From Mizuhopecten yessoensis (taxonomy: Eukaryota), in NCBI RefSeq assembly GCF_002113885.1, contig NW_018407955.1, positions 833,649 through 897,648 on the forward strand: 64,000 nt of DNA. Reading direction: 5' to 3'. Below, one piece after another: positions 1 through 13,213 of the stretch. The translations under genes and the position numbers were made by a program. The notes below the pieces were generated by a model. It made no database searches. It was given only the letters and a program-made list of their open reading frames with translations, and was not told the origin of the DNA. Numbering within the stretch: the stretch's first letter is position 1; every line of letters starts with the position of its first letter.

Positions 1-145
1 ATGCTAATAGCCGTTTTAGACTCGTCGATGCCTAAGTGAATGTCGCAAGAGGATGTTGTTTCATGTGAACCTACAGCTGCTTGGAAGATGTCATTTCTTT
101 TTGTGAGTGAGGGTACGCTGATCTGCATATGCAGGCAAGCGTTAA

Positions 146-480
146 GGATCCCTGTACCACTCCCAAAATCTAACTTCACATTGGAAACCGTTTAATCATT
201 TCTGAAAAGAAAACCATTTTGCAACTTTTATGAAAAAAAATGAATGCAGATGAAATATACGAAATGTTATCAACAACAGCGTTCCAATCGAGTGTAAAAA
301 GTTCAGCGGCCCTAGAGAGGGAATCGAACCCTGAACTTGTCATACTGTCACTCTGACCGACTGAGCTGCCTGGCCAATGAGGGTGTCCTTGACCAGCTGT
401 TCTACAGTAACATCTAGGATGAAAGTAAGGGGATATTACTGTGTATACGAAAAACCATGGTGCAGAGGGATAGTCTTAGT
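146..480 (-). mobile_element. TTAA-flanked TIR element with an internal tRNA-like module (a MITE/SINE-like composite). Full copy, about 335 bp.
   Basis: Left terminus TTAA|GGATCCCTGTACCACTCCC at 142-165 and right terminus GCAGAGGGATAGTCTTAG at 462-479. The tRNA-like segment with A-box and B-box (reverse complement GGCCAGGCAGCTCAGTCGGTCAGAG...AGGGTTCGATTCCCTC) lies at about 300-400. It is homologous to the copies at 20696, 23887 and 28743. Confidence 0.7.
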
Positions 481-1848
481 TGTCTTTGTTGATCAGTTTT
501 AATCCTTTCATATCTAGTTTCAATTTTAAATTTCAATATGTTTTGAAAATATGAAGATTTTCCTAAATTCGCTGTTAACCAAATTAACATTTCATCATTT
601 GAGTCCTGGAAATTCATATCCTTACTAAGGAGGCACTGGGAAAGGTTGGTGTTTACTAAATCCATTGATATATGGAATGTTTACGCAGGATGGGTGAGTC
701 TCCAAAATTCTTTTGTAAAATCTCTCTAAGCTGACCAATGATAGGGAGATTATGTTCTAATGGTCTCTAATTTAAAAGAGTGAAGCCTTGAAATTTGAAA
801 AAATGTTTTAATTTGAGGAAAGCCTTGAGAGTTATAAAAGCCTTGAAATTTCTGTTTATACATATATACTTGTTGTACATCCTGGGATACATACATGTAC
901 AGAAGCCATTTAGGTAGCATGTGTGTAATTAAGATAATTAAAAACACCCCAATTAGTTGAGTTTCCTAAATAAAGCTTACGCAATTAATTGGTTTTACCA
1001 GTAATTTTTTTTCCTTACTTTTCTTCTACCGTGAACTTATCTGAGACTTCTAATAATAATAATAATATACAACATTTATATAGCGCTTTATATAATTTGT
1101 AAAATTACTCTAAGGCGTTTTACAACATACGGATAATAGTAATGGTTAAAATTGTGAAAACAAACAACAAAGCCTTGCAATCACTTTCATACATTTAACA
1201 AGCAATGTGCACATAATTGAACAAATAAAAGGGTGGTATTTACATGACGTCTTTGCAAAGATTCTAAAATTAATCAGAACCCTGTTTGACTCGAAAATGT
1301 TTGAAATATGTCTACTTTCTGCTGATATTGATCGGTTATCACCAAATATTAGCCAAAATACCGAAGTGTCCCTTTCAGGGTACAGCTAGCACACCGATTC
1401 AAAGGCCTACGTAACGCTGATGGTATTTCGGGTTCTATTTATAGAACCACACACCTGAAATATCAACTTGTAATAGAAATGAAAAGTTGATATTATATAT
1501 TTATGAAAAATGAACAAACATTTTTGAACTGATAGTATGGTATAAAGAACATTGATATTTATCTAAAAAGTGTCCTGATTTGGGAACAGTGACGTTAAGT
1601 TAAAAAGTCTAATTGATTTTTGATGTGCATAGTTTTCCGGTCTTACATCCAAGATGGCCCCAATGGCATCTGATTGTCACATTTACCCTTGTAAAGCTTT
1701 TTTGGAAAACCCTTTTATACTTTCTGGGAGTAATACATCCTATAAATAAAATGACAGCATTTCAAATTTCTGGATTTAAGATGGCTTCCTTGGCCGCTTA
1801 CTTTCAGAGAGATATTTACTGCCCTAGTTTAGTCCTATTGGGCCAATT

Positions 1849-1937
1849 TATCTCATTCATCCCTGAAGACACATTTGAATGCTTCCAATTCAATGGTTGG
1901 AATAGTTCATTATGAAATTTCAGGGTGAATGGGTTAA
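1849..1937. mobile_element. About 90-bp palindromic MITE (family TTAACTCATTCACCCCTGAA…TTCAGGGGTGAATGAGTTAA), a diverged copy.
   Basis: CTCATTCATCCCTGAAGACACATTTGAATGCTTCCAATTCAATGGTTGGAATAGTTCATTATGAAATTTCAGGGTGAATGGGTTAAG. The terminal inverted repeats are reverse complements of each other. Confidence 0.75.
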
Positions 1938-3879
1938 GCATTATTTTGTGAAAGAGCAGTTGCCATAAGCCTTTGTCGTTAAGAAGAAAATGTCATGAAA
2001 ATTGGAACCCAATTTTTTTTAGTCTTAATTGAAAGCTTTTTTTGCTTGAACTGTCAGCTTTTATTACATAATTTAGAATACTATCACTGATAGCACAAGA
2101 GGGATTTACGGTATTTCATGATATCTACCTCATATTTTAGAAACATGATATAGGCTTGAATTTATGGCTGCCACAAGGTAAATCCGCTTGGCACAGCTAG
2201 CCCTCACCATTCCATGTAGGAAATGGTTTGGTTAATAACTTATTATTATACCGGTAATTCATCCAGGTATAAAGATTTTCCAATGCCTTGGGTCATATGT
2301 GTATGGTAAAAAAGTCGTGCGAATCAATAATGGTCCAATTAATGGGATTTTTTGATGTCACATGAACCAAACTTGTCATATTTGAGAACAAATATGATAT
2401 CCATTTCTTTAAGGAAATATGTCGCCTCTGATGGATGAGATTGGGAAGATAGGATATACTGGGTTTCACCGACCTACCCTATAGTTCGATCTATGCATGG
2501 TTTGTCTGACGATCAGAATTGAACCACTCATAAAAGAGTTATGATGACATTCAGGAAAAAATAGAGAGTTCCACCACTTATTTACTATATACAGATGTTA
2601 AATTAAATTAGTAATTTCTCTGTTTAATTTACATTAAAAGCTCACCTGGTCTGAAGGAACAAGGTGAGCTTATGTCATATTGGGCGCCGGTTGTCTATCC
2701 ATCCATTTGTACGTTTAGAATCCCCACCTCCTAAAAAGCTTTCAACTGAATATGTTCAAGTCAAGAGTCGAGAAGCTTTATTTAACATCGCATATACATG
2801 TAACATAATAACATTAGCACTGTAGTGCTATTCTTGCGACAAAACATATATAAAATTTAACAAGGATCACAGTACTTATGAATATATATAAACATAAAAA
2901 CAGGACAACAATTCAAATTAGATATATGCTAAAATTATACAGTAGAGCATATCATATCACACTTGAATGTCACACAAGTGTTACAAAAGACAAGTTAAGA
3001 ACTATAATAGTGTAATGTACATATATGCTAATGTAGCAAAGTGTAAAATTTTACAGGATATACACTAATATAGTGTGAATTAAAAAGCGACAATGAAGTC
3101 ATAAATAGAAACAGAGCTATAATAATCTATATCTTATAGTTTGAGATGAGAAGTTGTTTATATCAATATGGCCAAACTGTAGCCCTTTCTGGCCCAGCCC
3201 CTCAGCCCCATGGGAGGATAAGCCACACCGTTTCTTGTGAAATAGGAAGTGATAATGAAAATCTCTTTTGCGCAAAAAATCTCTTTCAAAATTGTAAATG
3301 GGCAGACAACTCCAATAACAACACTTGGAACTCTTCTTAGTTGGAGATATGAAACAAAGAATGATTGGACTTCTCTAACACAATCCATATTACCTCAAAT
3401 CTACCAGCAAATATTCATTAGTTGTGTTTATATATAAGTGAGTTTTGGGTAGTAATAGAAGCTTAACTTGCACACCCACTGATGAAGTGTCCATTAAAGA
3501 CACATCAGGGAATTCGTGATTTGTGCCAAAGAGAAGAAACATATTGCACAAAAACGAACGGCTAATTCGGGAGACACAGCTCGAATTATGTGGGCTCAGG
3601 ATCAGCAGAGGAAGTGTTGGGTAATTTCAGTCTACAAATTCTAGATTCGGAGGCAGCGGAGCAGACTGATCATCTTTATTACCCGAGTACCGACTACGAA
3701 AATTGATTATGGTAAAGACAAATTCTATGTCACCCTAAAGGCCAGAGCGAGGAACTGAGAAACAGCTGTAGCTAATCCACCAATAAAATCACATCTACCA
3801 TGTTTGTCTATGTGAGGATACCGATTTCATGTTTGTCTATACAGAGATACAAATCTCTGCTTTATGATCCAAAAAGATG

Positions 3880-4091
3880 TTCAAAGGAACTAGATCAGGT
3901 TTCAAACCCTGGACTGCAAATTGTTGTGCTGATGCTTTAACCAACTGAGCTGCCTGGTTAACATAAGTGCTCTGATCTTATTGTGCTACAGTTATATCGA
4001 AAATGAAATTAAGTAGAGGTTTCTCTATATCAGAAAAAAACGGAATGGAATCTCTAGTGTTTCGCCTGCAGTGGCATGAAGATCCTTAATG
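3880..4091 (-). mobile_element. Partial copy of the same TIR/tRNA-like element: the tRNA-like module plus one terminus (GCAGTGGCATGAAGATCCTTAA at 4069-4091). It abuts the 30-bp minisatellite.
   Basis: Sequence similarity to 300-480 (…CCAACTGAGCTGCCTGG…CTACAGTTATATCGAAAATGAAATTAAG…). Confidence 0.6.
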
Positions 4092-4127
4092 TGACTGGCT
4101 CTGGTACATAATGTCAATGGTAGAAAC

Positions 4128-6063
4128 TGATGTATTGTTAGCTGTATGGTTTGACCCTGATGTATTGTTAGCTGTATGATTTGACCCTGATGTATTGTTA
4201 GCTGAATGATCTGACCCTGATGTATTGTTAGCTGTATGATCTGACCCTGATGTATTGTTAGCTGTATGATTTGACCCTGATGTATTGTTAGCTGAATGAT
4301 CTGACCCTGATGTATTGTTAGCTGTATGATTTGACCCTGATGTATTGTTAGCTGTATGATTTGACCCTGATGTATTGTTAGCTGTATGATTTGACCCTGA
4401 TGTATTGTTAGCTGTATGATTTGACCCTGATGTATTGTTAGCTGTATGATTTGACCCTGATGTATTGTTAGCTGTATGATTTGACCCTGATGTATTGTTA
4501 GCTGTATGATTTGACCCTGATGTATTGTTAGCTGTATGATTTGACCCTGATGTATTGTTAGCTGTATGATTTGACCCTGATGTATTGTTAGCTGTATGAT
4601 CTGACCCTGATGTATTGTTAGCTGTATGATTTGACCCTGATGTATTGTTAGCTGTATGATTTGACCCTGATGTATTGTTAGCTGTATGATTTGACCCTGA
4701 TGTATTGTTAGCTGTATGATTTGACCCTGATGTATTGTTAGCTGTATGATTTGACCCTGATGTATTGTTAGCTGTATGATTTGACCCTGATGTATTGTTA
4801 GCTGTATGATTTGACCCTGATGTATTGTTAGCTGTATGATTTGACCCTGATGTATTGTTAGCTGTATGATTTGACCCTGATGTATTGTTAGCTGTATGAT
4901 TTGACCCTGATGTATTGTTAGCTGTATGATTTGACCCTGATGTATTGTTAGCTGTATGATTTGACCCTGATGTATTGTTAGCTGTATGATTTGACCCTGA
5001 TGTATTGTTAGCTGTATGATTTGACCCTGATGTATTGTTAGCTGTATGATTTGACCCTGATGTATTGTTAGCTGTATGATTTGACCCTGATGTATTGTTA
5101 GCTGTATGATTTGACCCTGATGTATTGTTAGCTGTATGATCTGACCCTGATGTATTGTTAGCTGTATGATTTGACCCTGATGTATTGTTAGCTGTATGAT
5201 TTGACCCTGATGTATTGTTAGCTGTATGATCTGACCCTGATGTATTGTTAGCTGTATGATTTGACCCTGATGTATTGTTAGCTGTATGATTTGACCCTGA
5301 TGTATTGTTAGCTGTATGATCTGACCCTGATGTATTGTTAGCTGTATGATCTGACCCTGATGTATTGTTAGCTGTATGATTTGACCCTGATGTATTGTTA
5401 GCTGTATGATTTGACCCTGATGTATTGTTAGCTGTATGATTTGACCCTGATGTATTGTTAGCTGTATGATTTGACCCTGATGTATTGTTAGCTGTATGAT
5501 TTGACCCTGATGTATTGTTAGCTGTATGATCTGACCCTGATGTATTGTTAGCTGTATGATCTGACCCTGATGTATTGTTAGCTGTATGATCTGACCCTGA
5601 TGTATTGTTAGCTGTATGATTTGACCCTGATGTATTGTTAGCTGTATGATCTGACCCTGATGTGTTGTTAGCTGTATGATCTGACCCTGATGTATTGTTA
5701 GCTGTATGATCTGACCTTGATGTATTGTAAGCTGTATGATTTGACCCTGATGTATTGTTAGCTGTATGATCTGACCCTGATGTGTTGTTAGCTGTATGAT
5801 CTGACCCTGATGTGTTGTTAGCTGTATGATCTGACCTTGATGTATTGTAAGCTGTATGATTTGACCCTGATGTGTTGTTGTTAGCTGTATGATCTGACCC
5901 TGATGTGTTGTTAGCTGTATGATCTGACCTTGATGTATTGTAAGCTGTATGATTTGACCCTGATGTGTTGTTAGCTGTATCTTTGACCCTGATAAATTGT
6001 TAGCTGTATGATTTGACCCTGATGTATTGTTAGCTGTATTATTTGACCCTGATGTGTTGTTCA
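4128..6063. repeat. Minisatellite with a 30-bp unit GCTGTATGATTTGACCCTGATGTATTGTTA, about 64 copies. T/C and A/G variants occur at two positions, and the distal end is degenerate.
   Basis: Direct reading of the sequence. It produces the artefactual 690-aa minus-strand ORF 4025-6097 ((TIHQGQIIQL)n). Confidence 0.97.
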
Positions 6064-6779
6064 TTTTCTGATATGCCGTGATGCTGATATAAGGCACGTG
6101 TGAGGAAGATTAAGAGACTCTGGAGAGACAATCATGTATGCTCCATTATCTGTCTACTTAGTCATGGCCAATCCTGCACTGTAAGTCCCCGGTAATCAAT
6201 ACAATATCTACTTTGTCTCGGCTGTATGCTGCAAAATGTCCACACTTTGTTTGAACATTATAATGTAAACCGCAAACAACTCTCACCACATAACAACACG
6301 TTATATATATACATATATACATCTTTGTCACAGAAAACAGGTCAAAGGTCAGATACATAAAATTGAAAAAACATAAAAATACATGTAAAAATAGCAGCGG
6401 ATGAGATGCCATTATCATTATCATGCTCTTAGAGATTTTTTGAAGACCAACTGTTTTTTGAATCACTGTTTAGCTCACTTAATGTTCTCTACATTATTGC
6501 GTGCAGTTGTTTTCGGTGTTTGGTAGTTTTTTATTCACTGCCAACGTAGAAATTTTATAGACGGCTTCAATCACTGTCGAGTGCAGTCAAACTAAATGGT
6601 TTTATACACTGTAACACTACAAGGTGAAATTACACCATGATGTTCCATTCATGCAAGCCTGTATCGTCCTGGCACAGGACTACTTCATCAGATTCCTGAC
6701 AGAACTTTTAACAGATGGTTCTTTAAATAATCTTGAACCCTGTTTGTACTGTCAGATCTACTCATTCAGCCCTCTAATG

Positions 6780-7145
6780 TGAAACCACCTGTGTTAAGAA
6801 CCCACTTTTTATGTTCCCCTTAGTTATAATTTCTTGATGAACTGAATCCTTATTAAGAGACCACCTAGGTTAAGAGACCACTTTTTATGTTCCCCTTGGT
6901 AATAATTTCTTGATGAACTGAATCTGTATTAAGAGACCACCTGTGTTAGGAGACCACTTTAAATGTTCCTCATTTTTATGTTTTCTTTATGAGCTGAACC
7001 TCTATTTAGTGACCACCTCTGTTAAGAGATCACTTGTGTTCAGAAACCACTTTTAAAGTTCCCCTTTGTAATGATTTCCTTATGAGCTGAACCTGTATTA
7101 GGAGACCACCTGTGTTAGAAACCACCTGTGTTAAGAGACCACTTG
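6780..7145. repeat. Tandem repeat of about 110 bp, 3-4 copies (GACCACCTGTGTTAAGAGACCACTTTTTATGTTCCCCTTGGTAATAATTTCTTGATGAACTGAATC...). Related copies are at 27990-28090 and 28180-28200.
   Basis: Read directly. Confidence 0.85.
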
Positions 7146-7387
7146 TTTATCGTTATTTGTGTAATGATCAAACACATGTCTGTGGTAGTCGGAGGGTTGA
7201 ACACTTTAATGTAAGTTACACCAGCTAAAAGTCTACTTATTATCTTTACTTTTGTTGGGTTGTATTAGATTTAACGTCCTCCTCAAGACATCCCCTTTAC
7301 TTTTTGTAAGATAATGTCTCAAGGAGAACTATAATAATATTTCTATGGCATTTTGGTGGCTCTTAACTAATACTGTCAGCTTAACTA

Positions 7388-7478
7388 TTAACCCATTTAT
7401 CCCCAAAGTCACATTTGAACCTTACCAAATCAAAGACTGGGCAAGTCCAGTTTAAATTTGTAGGGGTGAATGAGTTCA
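7388..7478. mobile_element. Palindromic MITE, subfamily B (TTAACCCATTTATCCCCAAAGTCACATTTGAACCTTACCAAATCAAAGACTGGGCAAGTCCAGTTTAAATTTGTAGGGGTGAATGAGTT).
   Basis: Same termini, with the internal variant shared by 23098-23160 and 47060-47115. Confidence 0.7.
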
Positions 7479-8199
7479 ATCTGCACTCTCAGCTTAAGTT
7501 ATTGTGCAGAAATTAATTTTTCGTCTGACATACGCCTTGTTTTATTCACAGAACTAGCACCTGGGTCACTTAATGTGTACTATCAGAGTTGAGGGAAAAG
7601 TATTGTTATATAAGTCTAAAAAAAACGGTTGGTAGAATTGTCTCCCTTGGTCTTCTCTTCACATGCCACACCTGATCTACAACATTGTTGTCGTGGTAAT
7701 ACTGCCACTAACAGGTTACCACGGCAACTTGATCAGGTGTACAGCGACAAAGAAACGAGCATCAATTAGCCACTGGTTCTACGATATCTCAATCTTGCAT
7801 GTAAGTTCTCACTGCAGTGTGATGGAGCAGGTTTTACGAGTGCATGAATTGTTTATTCGCTTGTGTTAGGAAGGAATACTCCTTGGTGCATATTTGTAGT
7901 CACAACTTCTTATACAAAACATATGCTGCTATTGGCTATAAATACATAGCTTGTCTAGTCCAGAATATTTGGAAGGGTTGGTGTGGGGCTTTGACGTCAA
8001 TCCAGCTATATCAGCACACAAACGATCACAGAAACAAACATGAATCGCCCATTAGCTTTAGACTAATGCTGATATTCAAGTTTATCATTAGTTTGAAATT
8101 ATTGGCCAAGACAAAGAATGCCCTCCAATTTCTAATTATGAGTTTTCTCATTAGTGATGAACAATTGTAGGTACTGAATTCTTGTACAATGAAGAACTG

Positions 8200-8780
8200 C
8201 CGTGTGACCTTGTACTGTGACCTTGCATTGTGACCTTGAACTGTGACCTGGCATAATGACCTGGTATTTTGACTTGGCATTGTGACCTTGTACTGCAACC
8301 TGGCACTGTGACCATGTACTATGACCTGGCATTGTGAATTTGTACTGTGACCTGCATTAAGACCTCGTTTTGACTTGACATTATGACCTTGTACTTTGAC
8401 TTGGCATTGTGACCTTGTACTGCAACCTGGCATTGTGACCTTGTACTGTGACCTGGCAATATGACCTTGTACTGTGACCTGAAATTATGTTCTTGTACTT
8501 TGACTTGGCATTATTACCTTGCACTGTGACCTGGCATTGCAACCTGGCATTATATGGCCTTGAATTTTGACCTAACATTGTGACCTTTTACTGTGACCTG
8601 GCATTACGACCTTGTACTTGATCTAGCATTGCGACCTTATTCTGTGACTTGGCATTGTGAACTTTTACTGTGAAATAGCGTTATGACCTTGTACTACATG
8701 TATGATCTGACATTGTGACCTTGTACTACATGTATGATCTGACATTGTGACCTTGTACTCTGACCTGGTATTGTGATTTT
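8200..8780. repeat. Degenerate minisatellite with a 13-16 bp unit (TTGTACTGTGACC / TGGCATTGTGACC), about 40 copies.
   Basis: Read directly. It explains the minus-strand ORFs 8026-8433, 8132-8332 and 8381-8578 (HSTRSQCQVTVQGHNA...). Confidence 0.9.
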
Positions 8781-10379
8781 AGAATAGTGTCATTCTTGCC
8801 AACTTTAGTACCTGCAAGATAACCTTTTCCCCTACCTCTAATCCAGTATGGTAGTAAAAATTGACACTGACATATTTTTAATCAACAATAAATAATATAC
8901 ATTTTCTAGATATTGTACAAATTAATAAAGCAGTAAAAAGTATGGTATACTCCAGATATACTAAAAACTAGAGCAGTCTGCTAAAGCTTAAATAACAAAA
9001 AGCTTCTTTTCCATAAGCCGATACAGTGTTTTCGGTAGATATTCCACCATTGATCAAAAAGACAATTTAATTATGTTGTATAATAAAGTATTAGATATGT
9101 CACATTTAAGAGTTATCAGCTTACAAGAAAAAGAACATTTGAAAATCAAATTATCTTTTTTATGCAATTTCTTGTCAGAGTTTAGAAAAATGTAGCTCCT
9201 TTGTTCTGCACAAACTTCCATGCAAGATACAAGAGGTGTCTGTTTTTAATAAGAAAAGATTGGAGGATGATATATATTATTTATCTAGCTATACAGTAAA
9301 ATACTACTGCATAATTCTAGTACTTTAAAAAAAATCTAAATGTTTAATGATGTATGTGACATTGAGGTAAACTGCCTCACTTTGGAATATTTGTTGGGGA
9401 GGGAGAGGGGTGGGCGGTAGATGATGGGTGGTGCTACCCTGGGGTGGGGGATCAGTGACCTAAGCTGTTAGGGGAGACTTCCTTAGGTTTCCTGTTACAT
9501 TACCAGGCATATCATCTCCCCAGGTGTCCACATCTGTTTAATAAGGCTCTCCGGTAAAGCTGGTCACTGCATGCTGGCTGAGATGTATGGGCAGTATTGA
9601 GGAAGCTTTGTATTTACAGTCACTAATAAGTTTACACAGCATTATGGAGAATTACAGACCACTGCTTTAGACAGCAAACCTATCAAACGGTATTTAAAAC
9701 TAGCCATAAACAAATTGGATAGTACATGTTGGAATGACTCTGCTGAAATCTATTTCTTTTAGTAACCATGGTTATTAAAAGTTTTGGCCAAATTTCTACA
9801 AGTAATGAAATTAGAAGCTGAATGTTCTTTAATTTTATTCAACAACATCTATGAGTATAGCCTATAGCTAGCTGCTACATAGGTATATGGGGACCAGTGA
9901 TGTAGACCCTCATGTAAGATACATATATACTAACACTGAACCACAGCCTGTGGAGTGCTCCAAATAGTTGGTACATATATACCTACAAATGAATTCTCTC
10001 TTTTTCTGATTTTCCACAGCACTCATCTTGAGAAGACTGGTCAGATCCAGGCCTGCAACTACCCCAGGCTCGTGTGTATATTGCCTGGATTCTTGCAGTT
10101 GATGAGTGGATGATAGGAACCGCCTGTGTGTGAGACTGTTTGTGCTCTAACAGGGAGTTTACAAGGATTACCAAAGATAACATGGATTACAGGAGGATAA
10201 TTACCTGACGTTCAGAGGTCGATCAGAACGTACATCCTGAGTAATAACATTTTGCTTGCAGGTGAGTTTTTGAAGTAGTTATTGATGAGCTTACGAAACA
10301 GTGACTGCACAGTTTAAATGTTTACAACTATTGTAATTCTAATAAAAAAATCAATATTTGATCTACGTTAACAGTTAGC

Positions 10380-10575
10380 AAAACAACAGATGTCAGATAC
10401 TGACTTTGAGTTACCTTTCTATCCCAGTGAATTTTAAAGTCCCCTCCCCCGGCCATGTATTCCCTATCTGAGGTCCGAAACAACAAATGTCGGGTACTGA
10501 CTTTCAGTTACCCGCCTATCCCAGTGAATTTTAAAGTCCCCTCCCCAGATCATGAATCCCCTCTCCCAGGTCCAC
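10380..10575. repeat. Two tandem copies of about 95 bp (CTGACTTTNAGTTACC...TATCCCAGTGAATTTTAAAGTCCCCTCCCC). C-rich.
   Basis: Read directly. Confidence 0.8.
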
Positions 10576-11280
10576 ACAGTATATTTTCACCCTCCTATAA
10601 AAATTTCGCTACCCAACCTATTTCCCATTTACTATATGTACTGTTTAACCCCCCCCCCCCCTTCCACATAACCTCTGGACCATGTATTCAGCACAAATTG
10701 GTCATCTACAGCACAAGCTTGTCTGACAGAATTTTGGAGGGCAAATCTGGGCTGTGAATGAATGATTTTTTAGAACAGCGCTGTACACATCATTGTACAG
10801 GTGTGTGTAGATGGCTGAGGCCTTGGGCTGATCCCATCTCATAGCCATCCTTGTAAAATTGAACCTGTTGATGCCTATATACATATTCACAGCTATTTTA
10901 ATGCCAGTGAAAGTTGAAACCCTTCACGAGCCTGATGACTTAATAACATTGGTAGATACAGCAGCTGGTCTGCTGATAATTAATGATGTTCAGTGAAGGA
11001 TTATATTTACTACAGGGTTGCTGAACCTCTGTGGCCTTCAGTTACCTATCAACGGAGTGCCAATCTCCCCTCGACAAACCCTCTATCTTCCTCAATATTA
11101 TACCATGCAGCAATCCCCTCGACCTTTGCCCCTCCATCTTCCTCAATAACTTACAATAGGTTATTATAAGGATCCCAAACCCCTCATTTCTTAGCAGAGG
11201 ATTGAGACCAGCAGAGACCGGCAACATTGCTATGGAGCTATAGATATTCATTAAATGGGAGAAGATTGGGGATGTTTGGG

Positions 11281-11328
11281 TAGGTTGGGGGGGGGGGGGG
11301 TTGGGGGTTTGGGGTTGGGGGGGGGGTA
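11281..11328. repeat. Interrupted poly-G tract (G10-12 runs separated by TT/TTT), a potential G-quadruplex former. Other homopolymers are C13 at 10644-10656, C13 at 19513-19525, and C/G runs at 41480-41535.
   Basis: Read directly. Confidence 0.9.
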
Positions 11329-11989
11329 TTAATGCCTACAGATTCAAGATAATTAGAATCTGTGTACCTAGTGTGAGGTACCTATGACCTTGTCAGCATC
11401 TGATAATTAGGTCAAGGTCATAGCAGTGACCAGTAACTATATATATATAATGGTCTTAACCCTGAGGCAAACCAGCTATCCATAGAATGATTGCAAGACC
11501 CTGTTCAGAGGTCCAAATACAAATTACTTCTCAGCTCTAGGAATCAAAGCGTGTCTATCAGCTCGCGGGAGTTGAAATTCTTTCATAAGCGTTTAATGTA
11601 AACATGTGCTGAACAGTGTCTTTACCGTGTTCTGCCTGATTTTCTGAGTTAATGCCCGTTTTATGTCTCTCTATTACTGAGTTATTGCACAAACGCCCAG
11701 GATTTATCATTTGAAGATGATTTGATTTCATCTGAGGTTGTAAAGGGATTATGGTTTTGGCATGCAATCAGTGGGAAGTAAAAGCCATGAAATGTTTATT
11801 TATAAATGTCAGTTACAAGTTCATAACCATGGTTTTGTAACATTTTATGACCTTAGTGTAGAAAGGTCATACAAACCACTCACTCCTGTCAGCTAGTGAT
11901 GGAAATAGAAGCTCAAGGTTATGAATATATACAGGATATGTATGTATTGTTTTGGAAACTATAGTTTCATGATTTACAGGTTAACTCAA

Positions 11990-12125
11990 TCATTTTATAA
12001 TGAACTATTCCATCCTTTGAATTGGGAGAGTTTAATTGTGTCTTCAGTGCATGGTGAATAATTTGAACTCTTCCATTTTAAAGGTTGGAAGAGTTCATTA
12101 TAAAATTTCAGGGGTGAATGAGTTA
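11990..12125. mobile_element. Palindromic MITE, about 1.5 copies: a partial unit followed by a full unit ending AATTTCAGGGGTGAATGAGTTAAGG.
   Basis: GAACTATTCCATCCTTTGAATTGGGAGAGTTTAATTGTGTCTTCAGTGCATGGTGAATAATTTGAACTCTTCCATTTTAAAGGTTGGAAGAGTTCATTATAAAATTTCAGGGGTGAATGAGTTAAGG. It overlaps ORFs 11995-12273 and 12036-12236, which are artefacts. Confidence 0.7.
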
Positions 12126-12194
12126 AGGATACCTGTCCCAGGTATTGCACTGAGGTTGTTCCTATATACAGTAACCTACCATAAATTTTGTTTT

Positions 12195-12380
12195 GGATAT
12201 AACTGCAGCACAGGTGGGTCAGAACACTTCCATTGACCAGGTAGCTCTGTTGGTTAAAGCGATAGTATAACAATCTAAGGTTCTGGGTTCAAATCCTGTT
12301 TAACCTCACATACTGTTCACATTCATAACACTGTTGTTGATGATATTTTGTTTATTTCATCCATATTATGTTTTTAAAGA
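12195..12380 (+). mobile_element. tRNA-like SINE portion of the same family, with no TIR (GGATATAACTGCAGC…GACCAGGTAGCTCTGTTGGTTAAAGCG…GGTTCAAATCC… and the tail TTTAACCTCACATACTGTTCAC…TTTATTTCATCC). Related tRNA-like fragments are at 12470-12545 and 12655-12740.
   Basis: A-box/B-box-like motifs. Same head and tail as 28245-28420 and 53100-53290. Confidence 0.6.
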
Positions 12381-12763
12381 CATCTCCCCATGAATGGTTC
12401 TCTTTTCTGAAATGATTAATCAAAGCTATAGTCATGCCAGAAAAATAAGTTTCGATCACAGTTACAGTGTTTGGCAGTGGTACGGGGATCCTTAAGTCTT
12501 AGTTCAGAGGTTTAGGGTTTGAATCCTGGTCTGGCTATTGAGATTTCCGAGTCCTTCTATATTTCGTGCCTGGATATTTATATGAATGGAATATGGTATT
12601 CTTTATGTCTTTAGTATTGACTTCGTTCAAGAAGGGAAAAATGAAGTGGAACTGGAATAATGGTCGGGTCATCATTGACCGGGTGACTAAGCTGGTAACT
12701 AGTAGATCATCCATCTAGAGTTCAGAGGTAACTGGTTCAGTGTGACAATCTTCCACTCTTTTT

Positions 12764-12829
12764 CTTCTTCTTCTTCTTCTTCTTCTTCTTCTTCTTCTTC
12801 TTCTTCTTCTTCTTCTTCTTCTTCTTCTT
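12764..12829. repeat. (CTT)n microsatellite, about 22 units. A (GTCT)n microsatellite follows at 12937-12991 and again at 17056-17090.
   Basis: Read directly. Confidence 0.95.
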
Positions 12830-12855
12830 TTAGAGTGTAAAACTCATTAGGGGAT

Positions 12856-13213
12856 TTTCACTCCTTAATATATTAGTCATACCTGTCCATACCACTTTTG
12901 ACGCAATCAGGGCTTATAGATTGGCGATTCCTGTCCTTCCGTCTGTCTGTCTGTCTGTCTGTCCGTCTGTCTATCTGTCCGTCTGTCTGCGCTAAGGTTA
13001 AGAAGAATGGTTTAGCTCAGTTTCAAAGTTAACTATTATCCCACAACAACTAAACTTGCATGGCTTATGTATCTAACTAAGCTATTCATATGCGATGCTT
13101 CGGATGCAGCTTCTGACCTACATTTTCCGCTTCAGTGACCAGGTTATTAAGAAGTTTGGTTGAGGTCAGGCCCCATCTGCACTATGGTTAAGAAGATTGG
13201 TTTAGGTCACTAA
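12856..13213. repeat. Left copy of a ~358-bp direct repeat (TCACTCCTTAATATATTAG...GGTTTAGGTCACTAACCAG), about 96% identical to 16976-17317. Together the two copies flank the 45-bp satellite.
   Basis: Long blocks of sequence identical to 16976-17317 (e.g. CCACTTTTGACGCAATCAGGGCTTATAGATTGGCGATTCCTGTCCTTCCGTC... and GGCCCCATCTGCACTATGGTTAAGAAGATTGGTTTAGGTCACTAACCAG). Confidence 0.85.

Noticed and set aside
4025-6097. 690-aa minus-strand ORF ((TIHQGQIIQL)n)
   Set aside because: It is an exact translation of the 30-bp minisatellite. Because 30 is a multiple of 3 one frame stays open. Composition is not protein-like and there is no start context.
12237-12310. tRNA gene calls for the tRNA-like segments (also 28290-28370, 48330-48400, 53150-53225 and the minus-strand ones at 300-400, 20880-20960, 24420-24480)
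   Set aside because: They have A-box and B-box-like motifs but no proper cloverleaf or anticodon-arm structure by eye. They recur as parts of one dispersed element family with conserved non-tRNA flanks, so they are SINE heads and not tRNA genes.
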